Below are positions 27,201-36,558 of a stretch of 64,000 nt of DNA, one piece after another (position 1 is the first letter of the stretch; each line of letters begins with the position of its first letter). Both the position numbers and the translations under genes were made by a program. Below the pieces are notes generated by a model that saw nothing but the letters and a program-made list of their open reading frames with translations, made no database searches and was not told the DNA's origin. Where the stretch lies: the NCBI GenBank assembly GCA_016186995.1, contig JACPKQ010000007.1, positions 52,226 to 116,225 of the forward strand, in the 5' to 3' direction. The stretch is from Deltaproteobacteria bacterium. Its GTDB lineage: Bacteria; Bdellovibrionota; JACOXK01.

Positions 27201-29407
27201 TTGCCAGCACGGACCGAGTAATGAACAATTTTTTCAGGAATTTTAGCATGAAAAAAATGGTGAGCTAGTTTGTAAATGGCAAGGGGTCGATCTTTGTCTG
27301 CACTTTTTTCGATGGCAGTGCCCACAAGCTTGTGAATATGTTTCTTTTGTTCGTCTGGAACTTCTTGATAAATAGCTTCCTGAATACGGTCGTGAAGAAA
27401 ATTATAAGTTCCCATATGAAATAGCGATTCTTCTATGAGTTGTGCTTTTTTGGCTTCTTCTAAAGAGTGGTGCACCTCCAGCGGATTGGGATAAACATGC
27501 ATGAGGAGGTCTTGTGTCCACTCCTCTCCGATTGCAGAAGCAATTCTGAGAATTTTCTTAGTGACAGGAGTCACTCGTTTTAATCGTTCGATAAAGAAAC
27601 TAAGAATCTCTTCCGGAAACGGAGTCTTAAGAAGTTGTATCTTATTGAGCTGCCATTTATTTTCCTTGAGATAGAGAATTTCTTTCTCAAATAGCGTCCT
27701 GAATATCTGGGTAATATACAAAGGATTTCCTTCACTTCGAGAGTAGATATGTTTTCCAAGCTCCTCTACCCAAGAGGTTTGGGTCATTAAAATCTCATGA
27801 CAAAGCTCAACAATATCATTTTCTTTCAAAGGAGAGAGCTTTATTTCCATTGTTTTTTCAAACTTTTTAAACTCTTGTGAAAATGATTCTAACCATTCTG
27901 GCGCTTCTGAGGGACGGTAAGTGATCATAAGTTGAATCGGGGTGTGATCAACAGAAGATACTGTTTTCCGAAGCATCTGAAGTGTTTCATGGTCTACGCC
28001 GTGAAGATCATCGAGAAACAGAATGAGAGGATGGACAGAAGCTATAGCTTTCCACAAGGAATTAACACAGTTAAAAAGACGTTCTCTCGCTCTTTCTGGA
28101 GAAAGAGGGGAAATGGGAACAGTTGTTTCATTACATATCAGTTTGAGTTCAGGAACAAATTCCAAAACAACTTCCAACAAATCTTCGAGCTCATCTTCTA
28201 TTGCTTTTTTAATCTGATCTCGGGTTTTTTTAGAAAAGTTTGCATAAAGTTGAACATACTCTCGTATTGCTTGCTGTATCGGTGCATAAGGAAAACGTGT
28301 TAATAAAACATGTCCTTTCCCAGAAATAATAATACATTGGGAAAGCGTAGCATAAGAACGAAGTTCATTTAAAATTCGTGTTTTACCAATGCCAGCCTCT
28401 CCAAGGAGAAACGTGACACTTCCTTTGTTTTGCTTGAGTTGATTCACTTGTGAACGTAGCGTATTTATAACATTCTTCCTACCCATAAGGGGTAGCTCAT
28501 GCATTAATTTTCCTGTTCGATCCACTTTTCCAAGAGGAAAGTTTTCCATACTTCTTCCTTCCTTCAACTTCTGAAAAACAATCTTTAAATCATGAATGAG
28601 ACCTTCTCCAGTTTGATAGCGTTCTGAAGGGTCTTTAGAAAGGAGTTTAAAAACTATTTTTTCGAGTATTTCAGGAACTTGCTTATTTTTTTGTTGAGTC
28701 AGTGAGGGTGGTTGTTTGGTTAAATGATCATGGATAAGCACACCTGCATCTTGAGACTGAAAAGGAGGGGCACCGCTGAGAAATTCATACAAAATAACTC
28801 CAAGCGAATAAAGATCTGAACGAACATCACTGATGTGCCGGAAAAGTCCTGTCTGCTCTGGAGGGATATAGGCAAGAGAACCAACGAGTGCCTCTTTTTC
28901 AAAATAATCATCAATGGTGAGAAGTCTGGCCAAGCCAAAGTCTAAAATTTTTATATTTCCCTTTGAATCAAAAATAATGTTTTCAGGTTTAAGATCGCGA
29001 TGAATAATAAGATTCTGATGGAGATAATTAATAATTTCTATGAGATCAATGGTCCATTTGATGGATTCTTCTATACTTATCTTATGTCTACTTAAGATTT
29101 CCCGGAGTGTGAGCCCCTCAATATATTCTGTAACAAAATAAAGGCAATCTTGAACCTCTCCAAGATCTAATATTTTGACGACACCGGGATGAGAGAGTTT
29201 AAGAAGAATGTGCATTTCTTCTTTCAACCGAAAGACATTTTTCTCCCCCTGATGCTTAAGATCAAGATATTTTAAAATGACCTTGTTTTCAGTTTTAAGA
29301 TCTGTGGCCAAGTATACAAAACTCCCCCCCGACTCTTGAAGAAGCTTTTCTAAAGAATATCGATTATCAATAATATGATTTTTCTTTAAAGCCTGCACCT
29401 TCGCCAT
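24260..29407 (-). CDS. Giant multidomain signalling protein (1715 aa): Ser/Thr protein kinase, AAA+/NACHT-like ATPase, TPR repeats, GAF, HisKA and HATPase_c (HstK-like dual kinase)
   Basis: The Ser/Thr kinase subdomains are VILKYL, HRDLKPENIIF, DFGLAR and PPE. The P-loop is FLLGEAGIGKTR and Walker B is LILFLDDLH. A TPR-like helical array occupies roughly residues 700-1150. GAF is FGGERGFIMLKD. The H box is CSHNLKNPL. The ATP lid is TDTGQGIS...GSGLGLFLC. Confidence 0.85.
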   Translation of the reverse strand: MAKVQALKKNHIIDNRYSLEKLLQESGGSFVYLATDLKTENKVILKYLDLKHQGEKNVFRLKEEMHILLKLSHPGVVKILDLGEVQDCLYFVTEYIEGLTLREILSRHKISIEESIKWTIDLIEIINYLHQNLIIHRDLKPENIIFDSKGNIKILDFGLARLLTIDDYFEKEALVGSLAYIPPEQTGLFRHISDVRSDLYSLGVILYEFLSGAPPFQSQDAGVLIHDHLTKQPPSLTQQKNKQVPEILEKIVFKLLSKDPSERYQTGEGLIHDLKIVFQKLKEGRSMENFPLGKVDRTGKLMHELPLMGRKNVINTLRSQVNQLKQNKGSVTFLLGEAGIGKTRILNELRSYATLSQCIIISGKGHVLLTRFPYAPIQQAIREYVQLYANFSKKTRDQIKKAIEDELEDLLEVVLEFVPELKLICNETTVPISPLSPERARERLFNCVNSLWKAIASVHPLILFLDDLHGVDHETLQMLRKTVSSVDHTPIQLMITYRPSEAPEWLESFSQEFKKFEKTMEIKLSPLKENDIVELCHEILMTQTSWVEELGKHIYSRSEGNPLYITQIFRTLFEKEILYLKENKWQLNKIQLLKTPFPEEILSFFIERLKRVTPVTKKILRIASAIGEEWTQDLLMHVYPNPLEVHHSLEEAKKAQLIEESLFHMGTYNFLHDRIQEAIYQEVPDEQKKHIHKLVGTAIEKSADKDRPLAIYKLAHHFFHAKIPEKIVHYSVRAGKVATHSYATQEALVFFNRALTFMRSDEFVLKDEVLEEKADINLLIGNYSDAEKIYSDLLLKKVSVLDKCRLYRKRGDLFFRKGAYEKSIENAEKALQFLGARMPSSTPGLVLAFLKTFMMRFFHRRFPRYFFGRKKHSKQAKIFQEQNRIHRALSLTYWFVTPIKGFLSCQRYLNVADDVGQEKEVAQASSIYSVYLAVTPFKKRALHYARKALAIHIKNADVFGVAQTHSCMGIFYYHNGYPDKAIECTEKAIEGCEKIGDAWELSNAIGFKALCWWIKGDLRKALENFKIAFNIATEVQDISFRTKILPWIGLLEALRGNKEKAFKCIHQTLKMIDEIKDVIGQIILYDTAAAVYLLFHNFEKAIEYGEKATGLIKKFKIRIGYVQGAPLTLAEAYLEKWKEKKDKELKKKVWKMGKQILKVQRYPNHGGWALRVYGDICTAFGKHAQAKRVYKKSIESLHKLGAKNLLGQTYFSYAELLLAQAESNAIHYLYLAKDIFEECDDQYHLNLLCSKYQQLIQRKDMQLEKVKRNRRLETIIKVSNYLSSIRHLPTLLSSVMESLIELFGGERGFIMLKDNDGKLQIRISRHVDTSQVSGDEFSLSQKILQKVYKEAKGIVVIDAQTDPQFKTSKSVTKYGLRSVLCVPLKVEKETLGIIYIDNRIITNLFTKDDLEILNVFATQVAIAIQNSLAFNELDQLRRSLEEKVNLRTQELTKTHEVIQEKMEELKQAYEKLKTLTNLKDVFFGLCSHNLKNPLMIIQHCIESFSTMPARHHGKFLDIISRQTQRMTRLTEQFLNISQLDSEKFSLQYKNVFLKELIRNVFEDTKIIAQSRGIHINLKIEDLVENMTCDPDRIREVIENLLINALKFTSLGGTITLKARAIKENGEEFVEVSVTDTGQGISQEKISHIFDRFQTPEMPVEKSEKGSGLGLFLCKRIVALHGGNICVKSVYGKGSTFTFRIPRKRIIKEEQLKKAA

Positions 29408-29548
29408 TTAATTCTTTCCTTAGCTAAATGAATAAATGATAAGAAATATGAGGATATTCCACTCTTGCTACTATTTTATCATATAAAAACCAGTCGTGCT
29501 AAAATAACTTAAGAGTTTGATTTTATTACTATAAATTTATCATAGGAA

Positions 29549-30235
29549 CTACTCTTTTTGGAATGAGACAAAAATATTGTCATTCAAGAGGATGTTAAAC
29601 GAATCTAAACGGTTGATAAATACTTGTGTTTCTTTATCTTTCGAAATCGATTTTAGATAAGTAATTATTTTTTTTACGCAGCATAGTAGCACATAGCGAT
29701 ACATAGAAGGTTTGATTTTTATGGAATGAACTTTATTAAGGGAGAGCCCATATTTTTTTGCAAAAGAAATGAGAAATGAGAGGTTGATAGGAGACATATG
29801 CACATGCTCACCCTCAGAAGGCATTTTTACGAAGTGTGGAAATCCTCTGTATGTACCCATTGTAAAAAAACGCATTCTACTTTTGATATTGAGAGGATTA
29901 GGTGTAGAAACTAACAAAACTCCCTTTTTTCTTAATATCCTATGAAATTCTCGCAATACATGATGCTCATTTTCTATATGCTCAAGGCCCTCTAGACATG
30001 CGATATAGTCAAACGAATTATCATCATAGGGAAGAGATTTATTTAAATCTACACTTTTGAAATTTCGAGAAAAACACGGAGTTGCTGGATCCATATCAGC
30101 AGCATAATAGTGCCAAGCATCATCCTTTAATTCATTATAAAGCCAGCCATTACCACATGGAATATCCAGTATTTTCCCAGGTTGAGCATTGCTTAGCAAA
30201 AAGGAAATGATGCTTTGTTTCAGATTGGCTTGCAT
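29549..30235 (-). CDS. Class I SAM-dependent methyltransferase
   Basis: Motif I is KILDIPCGNGWL. Motif II is YIACLEGLEH. Motif III is GVLLVST. Confidence 0.7.
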   Translation of the reverse strand: MQANLKQSIISFLLSNAQPGKILDIPCGNGWLYNELKDDAWHYYAADMDPATPCFSRNFKSVDLNKSLPYDDNSFDYIACLEGLEHIENEHHVLREFHRILRKKGVLLVSTPNPLNIKSRMRFFTMGTYRGFPHFVKMPSEGEHVHMSPINLSFLISFAKKYGLSLNKVHSIKIKPSMYRYVLLCCVKKIITYLKSISKDKETQVFINRLDSFNILLNDNIFVSFQKE

Positions 30236-30335
30236 GTCAAGGTATACTGGTAATTTATTGGAATTACACCGTCAAGATGCCATCACTCAATATTTTTTTG
30301 TACCTTCCGATATGACTATAAAAGGAGATAACTCT

Positions 30336-31541
30336 ATGCGACGAATCCACACAGTAAAGATCATAATGATAGTTTTCGCTGTTCTCACGAGTATAAATCT
30401 GCCAGAACTTACAGCTCAAGATAACAGAAAAGTTGATGAACTTATCAAACAATTAAATAGCCCGGATCCAAAGGTAAGAGAAACAGCAGCATGGGACCTT
30501 GCCTTTACGCAACCTCTTCCAGAAAAATCCGCGTATCCTCTTATTCAAATTTTTAAGAACGACAATAATCCAAAAGTAAGAATTGCTGCGGCTTCTGCCC
30601 TTGCATATTTAAAGAGTACTGCTCAAGAAACAATTCCTCTTTTTATGAAAACTCTCAAAGAAGAGACTCACGACGAAGTGAGGGCAAGTGCAGCTCAGGC
30701 TCTTGGCTATTTAGGTCCGGTTGCTAAAGACGCCATTCCTTTGTTGATCATAACTCTAAACGATAAAAATAAACAAGTAAGAAAGAATGCAGCTTATGCT
30801 CTTGGGAATATGGGCGCATTAGCTCAAGAAGCAATTCCTCAGCTCATCGAGGTCCTTAGGGATGATGATGCCTTTGTGAGATTCAATGCTGCAGAAGCGC
30901 TCGCGCGTATGAGTAGGGATGTTAAAACGATCATTCCTCTTCTTGTTAAGAAACTTGAGCAGGGTGATCGACGTTATACATTGGGTATTATAAAAGTTAT
31001 TGATAATTCGGATAAGCAGCTTGGTAAGCCAGCCGTCCCTGAGCTGCTTAAATTGTTAAAGGATAGTGATCAAAATGTCAGAAGAGAAGCTGCCGGAGCA
31101 ATCGTCAGAACAGGCACGACCCCTCAAGAAGCCCTTCCTCCACTGATTGAAGCACTTCAACATCAGGATGGGGGTGAGAGATCTGGGGCGCTGTCTTCTC
31201 TAGCCTTCTTTGAAGGTAAGAAGAACTCAGAAGCAATCACTCCTCATCTCATAAGCGCTCTAAAAGATAAAGACTGGCGTGTCATTCTAACCGCTGGAAT
31301 CACACTGTCTTGGCGTGGTAAGAAAGATCCTAAAGTTGTGATGCCTTATCTTATCGAGGCGTTAGCGAAAAGCGAGTCTGCTTATGTCAGAAAAGGCGTG
31401 GCAGAGGCGCTTGGAACAATGGGGGCACAAGCTAAAGATGCCGTACCTGCCCTTAAAAAAGCGGAAAAAGATCAAGATAAGAATGTCAGAGAGTCTGCAA
31501 CGAGAGCTATTTCTTCTATTAATTCAAAACTGGGTAAATAA
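30336..31541 (+). CDS. Secreted HEAT-repeat (PBS-lyase-type) protein
   Basis: Signal peptide MRRIHTVKIIMIVFAVLTSINLPELTAQ. There are at least nine repeats of the DxxVRxxAAxALGxLG type: VRETAAWDLA, VRIAAASALAYL, VRASAAQALGYLG, VRKNAAYALGNMG and VRFNAAEALARM. RBS AAAGGAGA precedes ATG 30336. Confidence 0.7.
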   Translation: MRRIHTVKIIMIVFAVLTSINLPELTAQDNRKVDELIKQLNSPDPKVRETAAWDLAFTQPLPEKSAYPLIQIFKNDNNPKVRIAAASALAYLKSTAQETIPLFMKTLKEETHDEVRASAAQALGYLGPVAKDAIPLLIITLNDKNKQVRKNAAYALGNMGALAQEAIPQLIEVLRDDDAFVRFNAAEALARMSRDVKTIIPLLVKKLEQGDRRYTLGIIKVIDNSDKQLGKPAVPELLKLLKDSDQNVRREAAGAIVRTGTTPQEALPPLIEALQHQDGGERSGALSSLAFFEGKKNSEAITPHLISALKDKDWRVILTAGITLSWRGKKDPKVVMPYLIEALAKSESAYVRKGVAEALGTMGAQAKDAVPALKKAEKDQDKNVRESATRAISSINSKLGK

Positions 31542-31566
31542 CATGTGAAGTTTTTATGAACTTTTT

Positions 31567-33852
31567 TTATTTATCTTTAGCTTCAACAACTGTTATGGCT
31601 GTCATATTCACAATGTCTGTGACAGAACAATTGTGTTGTAATACGTGAACAGGCTTTTTCATTCCAAGTAAAATGGGTCCTACAACCTCAGCCTGTCCAA
31701 TAGATTTCATCAGTTTATAACTGATATTCCCAGACTGGAGATCTGGAAATATTAAAACGTTGGCGCCATTTCTGAGTTCTGAAAATGAAAACGACATGTT
31801 GATAAGTTCTGGTAAAACAGCAACATCTGCTTGAATTTCTCCATCAACAACAATATTGGGTTTTTTGCTTCTCACAATGTCTACTGCTTTTTTAACCTTA
31901 TCAACTAAAGGGTGTTTTGCAGAACCAAAGTTTGAAAAAGAAAGCATGGCAATTCGAGGCTCAACATCAAAAGAATGAACACGATTTGCAGTGCTGATGG
32001 CAATCTCAGCTAATTGTTCGGAGGTGGGTTCAATATTTACTGTTGTATCAGCAAAAAAGAAAACGCCTTTTTCTGTTAACACCACAAAAAGACCAGCGAC
32101 AACATGGACTTCTTTTTTCATGCCTACAATTTCAAGAGCCGGTCGAATTGTTTCTGGGTAGCTTGTTGTGACCCCACTTACAAGGCCGTCTGCAGAGCCC
32201 TCTCTGACCATCATGCAACCCACATGTATGGGAGAAGTAAGCATGGTATGTTCCGCCTTTTCAAGGGTCATGCCTTTTCTTTTTCGAAGTTGATAGTACT
32301 TTTCTATATAAGATTGAAGTTTTGGGTGATTGGGTGGAAAAATAATTTCAGCTTTTCGTAAATCATAATGATTTTCTTTTTCAATTTTTTGGATGATTTC
32401 TTTTTTTCCTAATAATACAGGTGTTGCAATGCCTTCTTCTATAATAATTTGGGCTGCTCGAATTACTTTTTTGTTATGTCCTTCAGGAAGCACAATACGC
32501 TTAAGATCGTTTTGTTTTTTGATAGGAAGATGGCCGACTCCACCCCGTGCTTTATTAATGACATCTCTCATAAAACCACGTGAACGTCCTAAAAGTTTAT
32601 CGAGTGATTGTCTGTAAGCCTCTAAATCTTTGATGGGTTTTCGGGCAACACCTGTTTCCATAGCTGCTTTGGCAACTGCAGGAGCTACCCAGAGAAGTGC
32701 TCTGTAATCAAAGGGTTTTGGAATGATATAGTCAGATCCAAACTTGATTGAAATATTTCCATAAACTTTACGTACAGATTCTGGCACAGCTTCACGTGCT
32801 AAACTTGATAAAGCCTTGGCTGCTGCAATTTTCATTTTTTCATTAACCGTCTGGGCTCCTACATCGAGAGCTCCTCGAAAAATAAAAGGGAATCCAAGAA
32901 CATTATTCACTTGATTGGGGTAATCTGACCTGCCTGTGGCAATAATGGCATCTTTTCTAACAGATTGAACTTCCTGAGGTGTAATTTCAGGATCAGGGTT
33001 GGCTAAGGCAAAAATAATTGGATTTTGTGCCATATTTTTAACCCAAGCTTTTTTTAAAGCCCCTTTGGCAGAGAGCCCTACAAATACATCCGCTTTTTTA
33101 AGTGCTTCTTCTAGTGTTCTTAATTTTGTTTTTTGTGCAAACTGTTCTTTATAGGAGTTCATCCGTTCTGTTCTTCCTTGATAAATAACCCCTGCTGTAT
33201 CTATCATTGTAATATTTTTTTTCATAACTCCTAAAGAAACAAAAAAGTTTGCACAGGAAATAGCTGAAGCGCCTGCTCCGTTAAAAACAATTTTAATTTT
33301 TTTTATATTCTTTTTTGTTAAGTGAGTTGCATTTAAAAGAGCAGCCCCCGTGATAATGGCAGTTCCATGTTGATCATCATGAAAAACAGGAATTTTCATT
33401 GTTTTTCGAAGTTCTTCTTCGATGTAAAAGCAATCCGGGCTTCGGATATCTTCAAGATTGATTCCACCAAAGGTAGGCTCCAATGCTTGAACCGCGCGAA
33501 CAACTTCTTTTGGATCAAGGGCGTTGAGTTCAATATCAAAAACATCAATGTCTGCAAATTTTTTAAATAAAACACCCTTGCCTTCCATAACAGGTTTGGC
33601 AGCCAAGGGGCCTATGTTACCTAACCCCAAAACCGCTGTTCCGTTTGTTACCACAGCGACTAAATTTCCTTTGGCAGTGTAAGTGTAGGCTTTGGAAGGA
33701 ACACGTTGAATTTCTAAGCATGGTTCTGCTACACCAGGGCTGTAGGCAAGAGATAAATCACGTTGTGTTTCACACGGCTTTGTGGACACAACCTGAATTT
33801 TTCCTTTTCGTCCTCGTGAGTGGTATTCAAGAGCCTCTTTTTTTCGTCTCAT
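31567..33852 (-). CDS. maeB: NADP-dependent malic enzyme (malic enzyme domains plus C-terminal phosphotransacetylase-like domain)
   Basis: [29 protein letters not shown] and FNGAGASAI are malic enzyme signatures. The 330-aa PTA-like C-terminal domain is typical of MaeB. Confidence 0.9.
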   Translation of the reverse strand: MRRKKEALEYHSRGRKGKIQVVSTKPCETQRDLSLAYSPGVAEPCLEIQRVPSKAYTYTAKGNLVAVVTNGTAVLGLGNIGPLAAKPVMEGKGVLFKKFADIDVFDIELNALDPKEVVRAVQALEPTFGGINLEDIRSPDCFYIEEELRKTMKIPVFHDDQHGTAIITGAALLNATHLTKKNIKKIKIVFNGAGASAISCANFFVSLGVMKKNITMIDTAGVIYQGRTERMNSYKEQFAQKTKLRTLEEALKKADVFVGLSAKGALKKAWVKNMAQNPIIFALANPDPEITPQEVQSVRKDAIIATGRSDYPNQVNNVLGFPFIFRGALDVGAQTVNEKMKIAAAKALSSLAREAVPESVRKVYGNISIKFGSDYIIPKPFDYRALLWVAPAVAKAAMETGVARKPIKDLEAYRQSLDKLLGRSRGFMRDVINKARGGVGHLPIKKQNDLKRIVLPEGHNKKVIRAAQIIIEEGIATPVLLGKKEIIQKIEKENHYDLRKAEIIFPPNHPKLQSYIEKYYQLRKRKGMTLEKAEHTMLTSPIHVGCMMVREGSADGLVSGVTTSYPETIRPALEIVGMKKEVHVVAGLFVVLTEKGVFFFADTTVNIEPTSEQLAEIAISTANRVHSFDVEPRIAMLSFSNFGSAKHPLVDKVKKAVDIVRSKKPNIVVDGEIQADVAVLPELINMSFSFSELRNGANVLIFPDLQSGNISYKLMKSIGQAEVVGPILLGMKKPVHVLQHNCSVTDIVNMTAITVVEAKDK

Positions 33853-33925
33853 ATAATTTATCTCCGTGAGTATCTCAGAAATTCCTCAAAATGAAAATGA
33901 GTTGATTTTTAAAATATGATGTAGA

Positions 33926-35296
33926 TCATGTCTGAGGTCCCCCTTCTTCTTTTTCAAAAAAATCTTTAAGAATAATCATGGCATTCCAGCCTCGGGCAAG
34001 CCCTATAAGAGGGCGTGCTTTAACAACGCTAAAGAAAAGTCGAAGGCTTGAAACTTGATGTTGTACGGCCCTTACTTCTTTAAAGTGGTGAAAGAGAAAA
34101 ATATAAGAAGCAAAACGTAAGATTCCAGAAATAAGAAAAAGTGTCAGTAAATGAAAGCCTTTGATGGTAGGAAGGTGGGGAATAATAAATCCACCCGATG
34201 TACTTCCTATAAAAATGGCGATCCCGTTAATAAGTGTAAAGTAACTGAGGCATCTCATTCTTTTTGGAGGAGTGACAGCATCATAAATAAAATTAATAGC
34301 ACACAAATTAAAACCACCCCACAGAATACCTCCTATAAGCTCAACACAGAAAAGATAATAAAAATGAGGTGAAACAAGAACAGCAATGGGAACAAGAGGG
34401 ATAAGAACGCTTGAAAGTTTTAACATTTTTGCATTGCCTACAAGATCTGCATGCTTGCCCCAAATAGGAAAGGCAACAAGCCCTCCAATAACTGCGGCAA
34501 CTTGAATAATCATGTAAGAGCCGTAACTAAATTTTAAATCTTGTAATAAATAAACAGCATAATAAGGGGCGGAAATATAGGTAGCAAGCGTTAAACTTCC
34601 AACAAAAAATGTGAATTTTGCAAAATTGCTTTTTCGAAAACTTTTGATAAACATTTTGAAGGTAAATTGATGTTCTGGATTATAAGTAGTTGGTAAGTCT
34701 TTCATCTTTGTAAAATAATAAGCTGAAAAAAAACGGCAGAGGCATCCTAAAGCAAATAAAATAAAAAAAGCTTTTCCTGTAAACCCGTTTTCAAAGAAGT
34801 GAAGGGTCATTCCGCCAAACGCAACTCCACCTAAACCAGCAAGTCCCACAATTTGAGATCGCCAACCAAAATAAATACCTCTTTTTTCTGGCGGTAAGTA
34901 TTCGCTGACAAGGCTTCCCCAAAAAGCGCCTAAAATGTTTGCAAGAATTCTAAATAAAATGGTCAGAACCATAAGAAAGTAAATAGAGAGAGGAGAAGAA
35001 ATAAAAATAAGAGAGGCAATAAAGATGAGAAGGCTTCCCTGAAGAATAGAAAAGTTTATGAGTAACTTTTGGCGACTTTGTATTTTTTTTGCGATGTTCA
35101 CAGAAAAAATTTGAGAAAGTGAACCTAATAGATGTGAAAAGGCCACAAGAAAACCAATCTGTAAATTTTTAGCCCCTAAAAAAAGCGCAAAAGGAATGAG
35201 GTAATAATCAAAAATACCAAGCATGACGTTGGCAAAAGCGCCTTCTACCCAGCAAGCCTTAAGACTTTCTTTAATTGTGATATTTTTTTTGTGCAT
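33926..35296 (-). CDS. MFS-family transporter
   Basis: About 12 predicted TM helices. A G-x3-D/R-x-G-R-R-like loop (PPEKRGIYFGWRSQ) lies after TM2-equivalent positions. Confidence 0.6.
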   Translation of the reverse strand: MHKKNITIKESLKACWVEGAFANVMLGIFDYYLIPFALFLGAKNLQIGFLVAFSHLLGSLSQIFSVNIAKKIQSRQKLLINFSILQGSLLIFIASLIFISSPLSIYFLMVLTILFRILANILGAFWGSLVSEYLPPEKRGIYFGWRSQIVGLAGLGGVAFGGMTLHFFENGFTGKAFFILFALGCLCRFFSAYYFTKMKDLPTTYNPEHQFTFKMFIKSFRKSNFAKFTFFVGSLTLATYISAPYYAVYLLQDLKFSYGSYMIIQVAAVIGGLVAFPIWGKHADLVGNAKMLKLSSVLIPLVPIAVLVSPHFYYLFCVELIGGILWGGFNLCAINFIYDAVTPPKRMRCLSYFTLINGIAIFIGSTSGGFIIPHLPTIKGFHLLTLFLISGILRFASYIFLFHHFKEVRAVQHQVSSLRLFFSVVKARPLIGLARGWNAMIILKDFFEKEEGGPQT

Positions 35297-35544
35297 AAAA
35301 GTTTAATCCCAATTCTGGCAGGTCCTCCTTTAAATATCGATCTCGGATTTGAGAAGGTCAAGACGCTTTTTGTAAGGAGTCCGTTCCCTTTTGCATAAAA
35401 AGTAGACGTCTTTGTCTAGCTTTTAGATAGGCTTATCTTATTGTTTTCAAAGGAGAAATTCGTGTGACGGAATTGTGACTAAAATTGAAGAATTTTCATG
35501 CGGGAAGATGAAGCTAACCTATTGAAATGATTATTTTTTGACTT

Positions 35545-35559
35545 TGGCATCTGATTTGC
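35545..35559 (+). promoter_or_regulatory. Sigma-54 -24/-12 promoter candidate, TGGCAT-N5-TTGC
   Basis: tTGGCATctgatTTGCa. It lies 68-86 bp upstream of the lipoprotein gene start at 35627/35645. Confidence 0.5.
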
Positions 35560-35626
35560 AGTTTTAATGAACTAAGACTGGATCCTTCGACGAGCTCAGG
35601 ATGACAGAGAGGGTCGCGGGAATGAC

Positions 35627-36508
35627 ATGTCAAAGAAGGCTATGAGAATGGGGTATCGGGTTTACATTCTATTTTTTTGTTCCTTTTTATTATTGTGGGG
35701 GTGTGGTGGTAATACAGATGGGCGAAGCCCATCGAGTGCACATCAACTTTTACCAACAGGAACCGCTCAAGCCCACAATTCAAATTGTTTTGTAGAGAAC
35801 TACAGAGGGTTTGATTTAAGATGTTTAAGTCCGCACAATGCTTCCCAAAGTCTTAAAGACGACATGGTCAAAGAATGGCTTGATTTTTTAAGGTTTGACA
35901 CCCATCAATACGATTTTCTTGGGGCTGAAAAAGATCCGTTTACCTTTGTACTTAATAGAGCTGATATTTTTACCTATCTTGCAGATGATGATGTTTATCG
36001 AGATATAAAAACCTCCTATTATGACCCGCAAGATTTTTATAGCCACATAGGAAATGCAAGTGGTGTGAATATTTATGGATTACAAGAAAAAGTAGTAGGC
36101 ATTTTTCCACTCGCTTTTTTAGATATTCAATATTGGCAAAGCCCACGTTTTTTAAGTCAGGAATCCATTCAAATATTACAAAATAGTTTTTTATTACCCC
36201 TTAAGCAAAGTAATGTACATCGTGCTATGGGAGCAGCTCTTTTACTTCATGAAGCAGATCATTCAACGTATGGGCCACATCAAACCCAGGTAGGATTGAG
36301 TGATCCTTATGGACTTCAAATGCAGTATCTTATAGAAGTTGCTTTAAGTGGACATCACCCACTTTTAAATCAGTGCTTTGATCGAAAGCAGATCATTCAA
36401 GAAGCCCTTGTTCTAGGAGATTCAAATATGAATCAACAAGAGTTTGATAATTATCACGCTTCACTTCTTCTACGTCTTGCTACTTTTTACTCTCAAGCCT
36501 GTCCTTAA
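35627..36508 (+). CDS. Lipoprotein of unknown function
   Basis: Signal peptide with lipobox LLLWGCGG. An alternative start lies at ATG 35645. Confidence 0.5.
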   Translation: MSKKAMRMGYRVYILFFCSFLLLWGCGGNTDGRSPSSAHQLLPTGTAQAHNSNCFVENYRGFDLRCLSPHNASQSLKDDMVKEWLDFLRFDTHQYDFLGAEKDPFTFVLNRADIFTYLADDDVYRDIKTSYYDPQDFYSHIGNASGVNIYGLQEKVVGIFPLAFLDIQYWQSPRFLSQESIQILQNSFLLPLKQSNVHRAMGAALLLHEADHSTYGPHQTQVGLSDPYGLQMQYLIEVALSGHHPLLNQCFDRKQIIQEALVLGDSNMNQQEFDNYHASLLLRLATFYSQACP

Positions 36509-36558
36509 AATATTTTTTCTTGCATCCTACTCCTTTTTCCTATTAGTCTGGTGAGGCT

